Origin: Candidatus Micrarchaeota archaeon
Lineage (GTDB): Archaea; Micrarchaeota; Micrarchaeia; Anstonellales; Bilamarchaeaceae
Direction of reading: 5' to 3'
NCBI GenBank assembly: GCA_038046765.1
Contig: JBBSVN010000005.1
Location: forward strand, 64,001-128,000
Length of the DNA stretch: 64,000 nucleotides
In this document: one piece after another, positions 11,446-21,252 of the stretch
Position numbering within the stretch: position 1 is the stretch's first letter
How the letters are laid out: the number at the start of each line of letters is the position of its first letter
The notes under the pieces: generated by a model
Databases searched by the model: none
What the model was told of the DNA's origin: nothing
The model's input: only the letters and a program-made list of their open reading frames with translations
Position numbers and translations under genes: made by a program

Positions 11446-12318
11446 ATGGTTAGAGAGTTTAAACTAGGTAAAGAAATAATTGCTGCAACAAGAAGTTATG
11501 TTCAAGTAGCCTTAAGAGATGCACTTAGAAAACAGGAAATGCTGGAACCAGATGGATTGTCCATGCAGGAAGGTTTACCAAAGAGAAAACACTATGATTG
11601 GACAGAAGAAAAACGAGCTTATCTTATCCAACTTCTAGAAGAACATCCTGATTTTGGTTATCAAGAAATAGCAGATGCAATAAATGAGAAATTTCCAGAT
11701 GGAGTTAAAGTAGACAGATATAAAATTAATGCGAAGCTTTCTTTTGACATTTACAAAGAAAAACCAGAATTAAGAAGGATAGCAGAATACCGACCATCTT
11801 GTGAATGGACAAAAGAAAAAAGATCTTATTTAGTAAAACTTTTAGTCGATTTTCCTGAACTTAGTCATGAAGAATTAGCAGATAAGCTAAATGAAAAATT
11901 TCCGAACGGAGTTCAAGCTGAAAAAGACACCGTTAAGGGTATAATCAGTCGTATTCACCAAGAAAACAAAGAATTAAGATGTGATTCCTTAATCTTTGAA
12001 GAACCTCGCGAACTAGATAATCAAATATTAACTAGAAATTATGCCTCAATTCCAGAAGATATTTTAGGTCTAAGTTTTGGTGAATCTTCACTTCCAAGCG
12101 ATCCAGAAAAGCATTTGTTGCATCTTGAAAAATTAGCTTGGCTTAAAGTAGCTTTAGAAAACTTGTCTGCTCGTGAAAGATATATATTAGAAAAACGTTT
12201 TGGGCTTGGTTGTGAAGAACAAACCTTAGAATCAGTTGCACATGAAATTGGTATTTCAAGGGAAAGAACTAGACAAATAGAAATCAAGGCACTTTCTAAA
12301 TTAAGAAGATCTCTTTAG
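11446..12318 (+). CDS. Protein with two tandem W-T-x-E helical (Myb/GcrA-like HTH) repeats and a C-terminal sigma70 region-4 domain
   Basis: Repeats WTEEKRAYLIQLLEEHPDFGYQEIADAINEKFPDG and WTKEKRSYLVKLLVDFPELSHEELADKLNEKFPNG; C-terminus LSARERYILEKRFGL...TLESVAHEIGISRERTRQIEIKALSKLR. Start moved to ATG 11446. Confidence 0.8.
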   Translation: MVREFKLGKEIIAATRSYVQVALRDALRKQEMLEPDGLSMQEGLPKRKHYDWTEEKRAYLIQLLEEHPDFGYQEIADAINEKFPDGVKVDRYKINAKLSFDIYKEKPELRRIAEYRPSCEWTKEKRSYLVKLLVDFPELSHEELADKLNEKFPNGVQAEKDTVKGIISRIHQENKELRCDSLIFEEPRELDNQILTRNYASIPEDILGLSFGESSLPSDPEKHLLHLEKLAWLKVALENLSARERYILEKRFGLGCEEQTLESVAHEIGISRERTRQIEIKALSKLRRSL

Positions 12319-12330
12319 TGCATGGACTTA

Positions 12331-12894
12331 CTAGATTAGTTCCAAAACCCGTTCATACTTAATAAATCCGCTTTCTTTATTCATGTGCCCTGCATTGTGT
12401 TCAACAATAAATTCTGTGTTTGGTTTATTTAGTAAGCTTCTTAGCTTCTCGCTTTCTTTCATCGGAATGTACGGATCATTATCGCTTGCGATTATTATGA
12501 ATTTTTCACAACTTTGTTTTATCTTTTCCCAATTAAAAGGAGTTTTAAAAAAGTCCGAAATTGCCTTTATGTGTCCAGCTCGTTCGTTCTTATTTGTCGT
12601 GAATCCGCCAACAAGAATCGCGCATTTTATCTTCTTCCCTTCTTCAAGAGTTTCTAAAAATCTAAGTATCGCAACCGCACCCATACTATGCCCGACAATA
12701 ACTAGTTCTTCTATCTGCTCGTCCTTAATCGTTTCATTTATTTTAGTTAACCATTCTTTTTGCTTTGGAAAATCAGAATTAGGTAAATCTGGAGCATAAA
12801 CTGTTTCCTCAAGTTTTTCTAGTTCCGTTTTTAACCAAGGAAACCAGTTTCCAGAAGAATTGTTTTCCCAACCATGAAGGATAAGAATTGACAT
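12331..12894 (-). CDS. RBBP9/YdeN-family alpha/beta hydrolase
   Basis: ILHGW...NWFPWL, GHSMG nucleophile elbow, SDNDPY, AGHM. Confidence 0.9.
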   Translation of the reverse strand: MSILILHGWENNSSGNWFPWLKTELEKLEETVYAPDLPNSDFPKQKEWLTKINETIKDEQIEELVIVGHSMGAVAILRFLETLEEGKKIKCAILVGGFTTNKNERAGHIKAISDFFKTPFNWEKIKQSCEKFIIIASDNDPYIPMKESEKLRSLLNKPNTEFIVEHNAGHMNKESGFIKYERVLELI

Positions 12895-12985
12895 GAACTT
12901 TATTGCACCTCAAATCAGATATCTTGTTCTAATTAATCTATTTAAAGATTCTAGTATATAAAATTCTCTATTATTGGGTCATTTT

Positions 12986-15900
12986 ATGTTCAAAGAACCT
13001 GAATCAGCAAAACCTAAATTTTCACAGGAAGAATTGGCAGTTCAAAAAACATTAACTGACCTTCGTACACTCCGGGTGAAAGTTCCCGAGCCTGCAAAAG
13101 CAGTTCTGTCTAATCTTGATTATGCAATAAAAAGTTACGAAGCAGCCGCAGAAAGCTGGAAAAAAGGCGATAAAAAAGAGGCATTAATTTTTCAGCAAAA
13201 TGGTGCACAAAGTTATACTTTTGCAATTTCTAAAATACCTGAGTATGAACGAGACATGGCCGGAATGGCAGCAGTAAAAGGAACAATTCAATCTGCATCT
13301 AGTTTAAGGGACGAAATAAGAAAAAGTACTCAAGCTGCATTAAATGATGAATCAACGCCCGCAGATGTACGTAAATCTGTTATGCAACAAGGAATTGCAA
13401 ATGTCGCTCTTTTAAACCAGATCATTGAAGATGCTCAAAAACAAATGAAAATCGTTGAAAAAGATGGGGTTGAAGGTGCTAAAGATTTACAAAAAATTTC
13501 TCCTTCTTGGTCTGTTTCACTTTCAGCAGTTAATAGAAGTTTTCAGTTATCGGAGTTAGCTATGCAAGCTAGATCCTGCGAAAGACTATCTGGTAGCGAA
13601 GCTAAGGCAGTAGAAAAAGAATTAAGAGACGCTGCTGCAGCATTTACTAAAATTGCAGAGAATGCATTTAATTTAAAATCTCCTGAAAAATTAGAATCCG
13701 ATATAAAAACTGCTTTTGATAAAATGGCATCTGCGTTTTCTAATAGGGATAGTTTTCTAAAAAATAGGGTTGAAGGAATTACAAATCAGATGCGCTACTG
13801 GATGGTTGCACAAGTGCGGGGCACCCAACCTGAGTTTACTCCAACTGATGTTGAGGCTGCAGAAAGAAATTACATGCAGATTTCAACAGTTTTTCTAAAC
13901 ATTGAAGGTCAGTCTAAAAGAGAAGGGGCTTATAATTTAGCAATCAGAAATTTTAGGACAGTTAGGGATATGAAAGGGAAAATCGGGGCAGAGCGGGAGC
14001 GTGCAGAAGAATCTGCCATCGCAACAAAACGAATGCTTGAAGATTATATTCCAGCTGAAATTCAGTCTACCAAAAATTTTAATACAATGACAAATCTAAC
14101 AAAATTAGCTACTTCCTTTGCTTTTGCTCCTGTTGGAATTGCACTCGCATTTCATGGAATATACGAACAATACGAACGAACCGGAAGCGTTCGTGGCGTT
14201 GATGTTGGATTAGCTGCTGCTGGTGTAGTTGTTCCTGGTTTAGGAAAATTAGGAAAATCTGGTAAAACTTTGGCTGCTGCAGTCGGGTTAACTGCGTTTG
14301 GGGTCGGGACTGCCGTTGGTGTTAATGATCTTTATAAATCAATTCAAGCATTTAAGCAACAAAATCCGGGGCAAGAACTTGATGCGAACAAATTAATCGA
14401 ACTTAGTGCTCAGGCTGCTTCTGTTCTTTATCCACTAGGTCATCCTGCCCGAGCGGCTATTGGCGGAATAAAAAGCGCAGCACCCAAATTAAAAACAATT
14501 ATACCAAAATTAACAGAAGGTGTGAAAAAAGCAGCCGATCGTTATAAGGAATTGCAAGAAGAAAGAAGAGCAGCAGGTTTTAATCCACAAAGAGGATCAA
14601 TAGAAATGCCTTTATATGGCGCAACTAAGGTGACTCCAAAAGGTTTTGTAAGAACAATCGATAGCGAACCAACAAGTTTTAATCGGGATATTGTTCTTGG
14701 CAAATCCCCTCCAACTAACTATTTTCATGTTGAAACTCTATCTGCTTCCGATGTTTTAAAAGGCATAATAAAAAGTACAGGTATTTCATTATCAGAAGAT
14801 CAACAAGTCTCGCTTTCAGTTCGTATTGCTGGCGCAGTAAGGCAAGCTCAAGTTGCTTTTGGAAAAGAAAAAGTTGGGTTGCCTTTATCACCTAGCGAAC
14901 AAACTTTGGTAGCTACATTTAAACAAGAATTTCATTCTGCTGCCACAAGACCAAGAGGAGTATCTCCATCTGAAGTAGAATCATTCGGAGAGCATACCTT
15001 TGTTGCAAGGCAGATGGTTTTAGATTTCGTTAAGTATGGGAGAAAAGACAAATTAGAACCTTTAGGGGTAGTGCTTCCCGAACCTATGGTTAAAAAAATA
15101 AGAGCTGATATAGACGCACAAAAAAAAGTAAGTCCTGCTACTGATCCTAGGTCAGAAGCTCCATCTGTATCTATTACTGCTCCAACCGTTGAACAAGTTC
15201 TTTCAATACGCGGTCGACTTGTTAATCAACTTGCTTCTAATGAAGGTCTTAGTATTGAAATTAATGCGGGTGAAACTAGAAATGCTCGTGCTTTAGGTGC
15301 TACCAGATTTGCCGAAGCTACTGCAGAATTTAGCATACGTAACGAGCACGGACTAACTGCGGCAAAATGTGCTGAAATCGGAATCAGTGCAGAGACTTCT
15401 TTGGTAAAACTCACTGAAGTTTTGACTAAAGTTGAAAAAGATTACTCTCTTAGTTCATCTGAACAAAAATTATTCGATCGATTTAAATCAGATTATCAAG
15501 CACTTATTAATCGCGATGAATCTTTAAAATCTCTTTCTGTTTCCGATCGAAGTAGTGCAATTGCAAGCGGGTTATTAGAAAAAGCCTTAAAACAAGGAGA
15601 TACTTCTAAACTAGATTCGCTTGGTATTTCGATTCCTGAAAAAGTTCAACCTAAACCAGAAGTTGCACCTAAAGCTCCAGAGAAAGTTGTTAGTGAAGTG
15701 CCGATCGCCGAGTCTGCACCTGTTTCTAAACCGCAGTTAACACCTCAAAATGTTCTTGAGATATATAGTAATAAGACTTTTGGGGATAAAAAACATACTG
15801 CGGAAGAGTATGTTGTGCAGGGTTATTCTAAAAAAGTATTTCGTTCTTGGATGACTACAAAACCAGAAGAAGGGGCTAAAGTTACAATCGAGCTTACTTT

Positions 15901-16177
15901 AAAAACAAAAACACTTTCAGAGGCATTTGTTAAACTTGAAAAAGGACAGGCACTATCAACTGAAGAAAAAAGTTTATTTGATACAGTTATGGGCTCGAGC
16001 AAAACTACCCCCGCTGCATTATTAAGCGAGGCACGTTCTTATGCTAGTGCTGATGGTCATGTTTATGCTGCACAAAAAGCTATAACTCAATTTTTAGGTG
16101 CAGAATTAAGCCCTAACCCACGTGTCATGATTCCAAAACTCCAGCAGATCGGAATTACCTTAGCTAGATGGCAATGA
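12986..16177 (+). CDS. Large hypothetical protein: helical N-terminus, central Gly/Ala-rich hydrophobic segments, repetitive C-terminal region
   Basis: About 1063-aa ORF; probable start ATG 12986. Confidence 0.7.
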   Translation: MFKEPESAKPKFSQEELAVQKTLTDLRTLRVKVPEPAKAVLSNLDYAIKSYEAAAESWKKGDKKEALIFQQNGAQSYTFAISKIPEYERDMAGMAAVKGTIQSASSLRDEIRKSTQAALNDESTPADVRKSVMQQGIANVALLNQIIEDAQKQMKIVEKDGVEGAKDLQKISPSWSVSLSAVNRSFQLSELAMQARSCERLSGSEAKAVEKELRDAAAAFTKIAENAFNLKSPEKLESDIKTAFDKMASAFSNRDSFLKNRVEGITNQMRYWMVAQVRGTQPEFTPTDVEAAERNYMQISTVFLNIEGQSKREGAYNLAIRNFRTVRDMKGKIGAERERAEESAIATKRMLEDYIPAEIQSTKNFNTMTNLTKLATSFAFAPVGIALAFHGIYEQYERTGSVRGVDVGLAAAGVVVPGLGKLGKSGKTLAAAVGLTAFGVGTAVGVNDLYKSIQAFKQQNPGQELDANKLIELSAQAASVLYPLGHPARAAIGGIKSAAPKLKTIIPKLTEGVKKAADRYKELQEERRAAGFNPQRGSIEMPLYGATKVTPKGFVRTIDSEPTSFNRDIVLGKSPPTNYFHVETLSASDVLKGIIKSTGISLSEDQQVSLSVRIAGAVRQAQVAFGKEKVGLPLSPSEQTLVATFKQEFHSAATRPRGVSPSEVESFGEHTFVARQMVLDFVKYGRKDKLEPLGVVLPEPMVKKIRADIDAQKKVSPATDPRSEAPSVSITAPTVEQVLSIRGRLVNQLASNEGLSIEINAGETRNARALGATRFAEATAEFSIRNEHGLTAAKCAEIGISAETSLVKLTEVLTKVEKDYSLSSSEQKLFDRFKSDYQALINRDESLKSLSVSDRSSAIASGLLEKALKQGDTSKLDSLGISIPEKVQPKPEVAPKAPEKVVSEVPIAESAPVSKPQLTPQNVLEIYSNKTFGDKKHTAEEYVVQGYSKKVFRSWMTTKPEEGAKVTIELTLKTKTLSEAFVKLEKGQALSTEEKSLFDTVMGSSKTTPAALLSEARSYASADGHVYAAQKAITQFLGAELSPNPRVMIPKLQQIGITLARWQ

Positions 16178-16193
16178 AATTAATTTTTGACAT

Positions 16194-16592
16194 TTATCTT
16201 ACTTTTAGAATTATTGCCGAGTTTTCTCTATTCATTGCGATTATTCTACTTTCCCCATTTTCTGCTTGCGAAGGACAACCGTAAAGCATTATATTCTCTC
16301 CAATCCATTTCTTACCTGGTCCAATTTCCCTTCTAACTATTCTTCTTCTAGGGATTGTTATATTCATTTTATCTTCTTTTATCCGGTCAAGTATTACTGC
16401 AATCTTCCCGTCAACTAGTACGTGGAATTTCTCGCCCCGATTAATTTCAACCCCTGTTTTTGCACATTCTTCAAGAGCTGGTTTAATTGATATAAAATCA
16501 TTTTCAGTTCTTATCTGGTTTCTAAGTAATGGGGTTCTTGAACAAGACAATAATACTGCTGCTCCTAATAATAATTTTTTATGATTTATCAT
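16194..16592 (-). CDS. Hypothetical protein with signal/lipobox-like N-terminus
   Basis: KKLLLGAAVLLSC N-terminus; lies directly downstream of gyrB. Confidence 0.6.
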   Translation of the reverse strand: MINHKKLLLGAAVLLSCSRTPLLRNQIRTENDFISIKPALEECAKTGVEINRGEKFHVLVDGKIAVILDRIKEDKMNITIPRRRIVRREIGPGKKWIGENIMLYGCPSQAENGESRIIAMNRENSAIILKVR

Positions 16593-16615
16593 GCGTTTCT
16601 ACCCTTTTAATCAAA

Positions 16616-18517
16616 TTAGATATCCAAATTCTTAACTTCTTTAGCATACGCTTCGATAAATGCCCTTCGTGGTTCAACTTCTTCGCCCATTAGGACGGTA
16701 AATAACTTATCAGCACCCATCGCATCATCAACAGTTACTTTCTTTAGTGTTCTTCTTTCTGGGTCCATTGTTGTTTCCCATAGCTGATCTGGGTTCATTT
16801 CACCTAAACCTTTGTATCGTTGTATTTCGCCTTCGCCATTTGTAGCAAATAGTTTTTGCAATTCTTCATCGCTATAAACATACTGCTCGGTTTTTCCTTT
16901 TTTGTACCTATAAAGCGGAGGGGTTGCAATGTATATATATCCTTTTTCAACTACCTCTTTAAAGTAACGATAAAATAATGTCAAAAGTAACGTCCGTATA
17001 TGTGCCCCATCAATATCAGCATCTGTCATAATGACAATTTTGTGGTATCTTAATTTTGCCATGTTAAAATCTTCCTTAAACCCAGCTCCAAGTGCCAATA
17101 TAACATTTCTGATTTCTTCACTTGCAAATATCTTATTTATTGGCGCTTTTTCAACGTTTAATATTTTTCCACGAAGCGGTAATATTGCCTGGAATTTACG
17201 GTCACGGGCGCCTTTACTACTTCCGCCGGCGGAGTCTCCCTCGACAAGGAACACTTCAGCTTTTGTCGGGTCTTCTTCAATGCAATCAGCTAGTTTACCT
17301 GGCAAAACTGAACTTTCTAAAACATTTTTCCTTCTAATTAATTCCCGCGCTTTTTGGGCGGCTTCCCGTGCTTCCATTGAACTTACAATCTTTAATGAAA
17401 TTTTCTTTGATGCATCGGGATTTTCTTCAAAATATGTCTTTAATGCTTCATAAGCAATACTGTCTACGATTCCCTTTACTTCGCTATTTCCTAGTTTAGT
17501 TTTCGTTTGTCCTTCAAATTGTGGTTCAGGAATTTTTGCGCTTAAAACTATTGTGACGCCTTCAAGAACATCGTCCCCGGATATTTTTCTTTCATCTTTG
17601 ATTATTTTATTTGACCTTAAATAATCATTTATTGCACGCGTTAGTGCTGTTTTTAAACCAGCTAAATGTGTTCCTCCTTCAACGGTTTTTATGTTATTTA
17701 CAAATGAGTAAATACTTTCGCTATATGCGTCCGTATACTGGAGTGCAAACTCTACTTCTACTGATTCTGCTCTTTTAGAACTATAAATCGGAGGATGCAA
17801 TTTCACTCTAGCTTGGTTTAAATATTCAACAAACTCTGCAACCCCGCCTTCAAAATGAAATACTTCATTTTTTTCTTTTCCTTCTCGTGTGTCAGTTAAG
17901 ATTATTTTAATTCCTTTATTTAGGAAAGCTAATTCCATTATCCTGTCTCTTATTAATTCGTAATCGAATTCGTTTACTTGGAAAATTGTTGAGTCTGCTT
18001 TAAATGTTACTTTTGTTCCGTGTTTATCTGTTGTTCCTTCTACAGTTAATTCTGTTTTGGGATCTCCCCTAGCATAAAGTTGTCTATGAATTTTTCCATC
18101 TTTATAAACTTCAATTTCCATTTTTTCGCTTAATGCGTTTACTACGCTTAAACCAACTCCGTGCAATCCGCCGCTAACTTGGTATGCTTTTTTTTCGAAT
18201 TTACCTCCTGCGTGTAATACTGTGGCTACTGTTTCTACTGCGGATTTTCCGGTTTGAGCCTGGATATCTACAGGAATACCTCTACCATCATCAAGTACGC
18301 TCGCGCTGTTATCTTTTAGTATTGTTATTTCAATATTGCTGCAGTGTCCGGCTAGTGCTTCGTCAATTGAATTAGCTACTATTTCTTCTAATAAATGGTG
18401 AAATCCTCGTTTTCCAATGTCACCAATGTACATTGCCGGTCTTTTTCTTACTCCTTCTAAACCTGTTAAAACTTGAATTTCACTTGCAGTATACTGTGTA
18501 TTGTTTTGTTCTGTCAT
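16616..18517 (-). CDS. gyrB: DNA gyrase subunit B
   Basis: VRKRPAMYIG, NSIDE, DDGRGIP, SGGLHGVG, EGDSAGG, PLRGKILN, MTDADIDG, RYKGLGEM. Confidence 0.98.
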   Translation of the reverse strand: MTEQNNTQYTASEIQVLTGLEGVRKRPAMYIGDIGKRGFHHLLEEIVANSIDEALAGHCSNIEITILKDNSASVLDDGRGIPVDIQAQTGKSAVETVATVLHAGGKFEKKAYQVSGGLHGVGLSVVNALSEKMEIEVYKDGKIHRQLYARGDPKTELTVEGTTDKHGTKVTFKADSTIFQVNEFDYELIRDRIMELAFLNKGIKIILTDTREGKEKNEVFHFEGGVAEFVEYLNQARVKLHPPIYSSKRAESVEVEFALQYTDAYSESIYSFVNNIKTVEGGTHLAGLKTALTRAINDYLRSNKIIKDERKISGDDVLEGVTIVLSAKIPEPQFEGQTKTKLGNSEVKGIVDSIAYEALKTYFEENPDASKKISLKIVSSMEAREAAQKARELIRRKNVLESSVLPGKLADCIEEDPTKAEVFLVEGDSAGGSSKGARDRKFQAILPLRGKILNVEKAPINKIFASEEIRNVILALGAGFKEDFNMAKLRYHKIVIMTDADIDGAHIRTLLLTLFYRYFKEVVEKGYIYIATPPLYRYKKGKTEQYVYSDEELQKLFATNGEGEIQRYKGLGEMNPDQLWETTMDPERRTLKKVTVDDAMGADKLFTVLMGEEVEPRRAFIEAYAKEVKNLDI

Positions 18518-18741
18518 AATCTTTACCTGTGTGCATTTTGTAGCTTATAATTCATTCTAATTAGCATATAATTTATCGTCGTAATCTAATATGCCCAAAA
18601 GGGTTTAAATTGGTTTGTTTTTGGGTAATCTTGCAGAACCGATTATCTTAAAATAACTTGCTTGAATTTATTAGTCTACTAGTTCTTTCTAGAAGAGAAA
18701 TCCTTTTCTCTTAAATAAGCTAGTCGATAATTGATAATAAT

Positions 18742-18826
18742 CGACTGGCACTGCCATATGGATGTATTTGTGCAGTGCCCTACAGGTCTGTAATTAGAAA
18801 ATACACTGTTTTCTAAGCATGCCTGT
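18742..18826 (+). repeat. tRNA-upstream double-hairpin element, copy 1 (before tRNA-Gly)
   Basis: CGACT-GGCACTGC..GCAGTGCC-CTACAGGTCTGTAA-TTAGAAAA..TTTTCTAA-GCATGCCTGT; matches 27237-27327 and 61008-61150. Confidence 0.85.
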
Positions 18827-18847
18827 TGATAATAAGCTAATACAAAT

Positions 18848-18940
18848 GCGCCTGTAGTCTAGTGGTAATCGCAAGTTGTGATCACTAAAGGATCGTAGCC
18901 TTCCAAGCTACTGACCCGGGTTCGAATCCCGGCGGGCGCA
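18848..18940 (+). tRNA. tRNA-Gly(TCC) with a 22-nt D-loop intron (about position 20/21; 18867-18888)
   Basis: Acceptor GCGCCTG/CGGGCGC, anticodon arm GTAGC-CTTCCAA-GCTAC, T arm CCGGG-TTCGAAT-CCCGG; strict BHB with AGTG/CACT helix and GTA and AAA bulges. Confidence 0.95.
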
Positions 18941-19062
18941 AATTTTGATCACAAAATTTGTCGAACTTTAGAAGGCTTTACTGCCATTCTAATGGGCGCA
19001 AATTTATTCTAATTTTTCTAATCAAAAATCATTTTAAAAACTGTTGCTTAAAATATATTTTT

Positions 19063-20097
19063 ATGAAAAATTCGATACTTGAGGATCGAACTGCTTATCG
19101 CAAAAATGCCTCGAATTTACCTACAAATGGTTTTAAGTCACCCGCCCCTTTATTTAGTGCAATTCTTCCGGATGATAATAATCTAGCTGAAGCCAAAGCA
19201 TTTTTTCGAGGAAAATATTTAAGTGTTTCATCTGATGTAGTTAAATTCGATAAACCTTATGATGGTCGCTGCGTTCTCTGCCAGGATAGTTCTATGGTAC
19301 TTGTTGAACCAAATTTTACCGTAACTGGTGTTTTTGATGGGTTTGGGGACTCCGGAGAAGTACTTTCGAGATTTTTTATAGATGAATTATTTCGTGAATT
19401 TCATGCTAAGCGTTCTATTTCTTTTAAGGAAGAAGACTTTAAATCATCTATAAATTTAGCGATCGAATTTTCCTCTCTTAATGCACAGGGTTTTATTAAA
19501 AAAATTGAAGGAGGCACTACTGCAATAGTTGCTCTTATTCTAAATGATGGCACTTACTTTTTAGCTTGCATTGGTGATTCTGCAATTTATAAATTTAGTA
19601 AAACTGGATTGCAAAGATTATCGGATAATTCTATGGTCGGATGCATGAAAAACGAGTCTGGTGTACTTGGTTATTCTGTTTTACCTTATACTCAAATCGA
19701 TCTTAAGCAATACCTAGATAATCGGCATCTTGTTTTAGAATTTTTATCTTCAATTGGTTTAAGTGGCAGCAATCCTAAAATAAATTTTTTATCCGGACAC
19801 CTTGAAAAATCAGAAAAATTAATCCTTGTAACTGATGGTATAACAAAAAATTTATCCATTATTATTGGTCTTTTAGATTTGGTGAAAGATGCGAGCGGGG
19901 TATCGGATTTACAAGAGATTATAAAAACAAAAGCATCCGATCGTTTCATTGGTCGCGCGGTATTAAAAGCAGTAAGAGAAAGGATAGCATCTTCAAGAGA
20001 AACATCTCTTAATGATATCTTAAAATCAAGAACAGATGGCACGGTTCTAGTTCCACAAGATGATGATCGCACGGTCGTAGTTGTTAAAAAATTCTAA
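19063..20097 (+). CDS. PP2C/PPM-family phosphatase-like protein
   Basis: CQDS, GVFDGFG, GGTTA, IGDS, LVTDGI, DDDRT motifs; start moved to ATG 19063. Confidence 0.8.
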   Translation: MKNSILEDRTAYRKNASNLPTNGFKSPAPLFSAILPDDNNLAEAKAFFRGKYLSVSSDVVKFDKPYDGRCVLCQDSSMVLVEPNFTVTGVFDGFGDSGEVLSRFFIDELFREFHAKRSISFKEEDFKSSINLAIEFSSLNAQGFIKKIEGGTTAIVALILNDGTYFLACIGDSAIYKFSKTGLQRLSDNSMVGCMKNESGVLGYSVLPYTQIDLKQYLDNRHLVLEFLSSIGLSGSNPKINFLSGHLEKSEKLILVTDGITKNLSIIIGLLDLVKDASGVSDLQEIIKTKASDRFIGRAVLKAVRERIASSRETSLNDILKSRTDGTVLVPQDDDRTVVVVKKF

Positions 20098-20099
20098 TT

Positions 20100-20765
20100 T
20101 TAAAATACGCTAGCTAATCCTCTTAAAAATTCTTTAGGATCCTTCGCATTTACATACGCGCTAGCTAACAAGACTCCTCTGCTGCCCAGTGCTAATGCTT
20201 TTGCAACATCCTGCTTAGTACTTACTCCTGCGCCACAAAGTGGGATAATTTTATCATTAACTAGTTCTATCGTTCGTACGCTTTCCTTTACTACTTCTGG
20301 TTTAGCCGTACTTACGCTTATTCCGCTTCCTATTAATTCTGGTGGTTCGATCGCGATATAAGTTGGCAGAAATTCCGCAACCTTTTTCGTTTCTTTTAAA
20401 TCTGCTGTGCAAGCGATGCTTTCTAATGAATTAATGTGCAATCTTTCAATTGTATTCTTTACTGCTTCTAAAGGAAGTTTTTTCTCGGAATGATTAACTA
20501 ATGAACCTCTTACTTTTATTCGTTTTAATGCCTCTGGAGGTAGTGAACCTGTATGCGCTCCTGGTTGCATATAATCAGTATGCTGCGCAAATATGTCGCT
20601 AAAGCGCTCTGCTGATTCTTTTAAATGTATTATTGGAGGACAAACGATGATTCTAACTCCTGTTTCTTCTACTACTTCGCTTGCTACATCTACATAGTAT
20701 AGTGCTTTCTCTAAGCTTTTCTCGTATGTTTTAAGGTTAAGAACTATCATACTTTCACTCTTCAC
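20100..20765 (-). CDS. tpiA: Triosephosphate isomerase, archaeal type
   Basis: NLKTY, AQH, NHSEK, AIEPPELIGSG, CGAGV, GVLLASA. Confidence 0.96.
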   Translation of the reverse strand: MKSESMIVLNLKTYEKSLEKALYYVDVASEVVEETGVRIIVCPPIIHLKESAERFSDIFAQHTDYMQPGAHTGSLPPEALKRIKVRGSLVNHSEKKLPLEAVKNTIERLHINSLESIACTADLKETKKVAEFLPTYIAIEPPELIGSGISVSTAKPEVVKESVRTIELVNDKIIPLCGAGVSTKQDVAKALALGSRGVLLASAYVNAKDPKEFLRGLASVF

Positions 20766-20822
20766 AAGAAAGGAATAAATATGTGCTGATAATTATTACA
20801 AAAAAAGAAAAAAATATTTTAT

Positions 20823-21140
20823 CTACTTTGCAAATTTATTCAATTCAATTTGAGTTAAGTATTGCGCGGCTGGGAACAAGACTAACCACAATACGAATAA
20901 TAATACTTTACTCTGCGAACCTTTTGATACTTTTTCAACATCTTGGGCATATCTCCAGAGAACATAGAATCCTACTATTGGGAGAAGTCCAAGAATTAAC
21001 CAAACTATTGCGCTTGTTTTTCCTCCAGTTAATTCATTTAGTTCGGTTCTTGTTTGATAAAACCAATATAAGTAATATATTCCTAAAGTAAGTATACTAA
21101 ATATAATTACCTTTATCGGATCTCTTTTTTTAATTGCCAT
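20823..21140 (-). CDS. DUF4234-like small membrane protein
   Basis: LTLGIYYLYWFYQ...ELN pattern with 3 TM segments. Confidence 0.75.
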   Translation of the reverse strand: MAIKKRDPIKVIIFSILTLGIYYLYWFYQTRTELNELTGGKTSAIVWLILGLLPIVGFYVLWRYAQDVEKVSKGSQSKVLLFVLWLVLFPAAQYLTQIELNKFAK

Positions 21141-21252
21141 TATCTTTCACCTTATTATAATTAATAAATTGAATGTCAAAGTAAGGTTTAAATTTGTTAG
21201 TTTAGCTCTGTCTGCCTGTTTTTTAACTATTTTTATTTAATTAACCTATACT

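Noticed and set aside
18742..18826. tRNA-upstream element as a twister ribozyme or ZTP riboswitch
   Set aside because: Only short look-alike words (TACAAG, GACTGGC). The required pseudoknot partners and conserved cores are not present in all copies.
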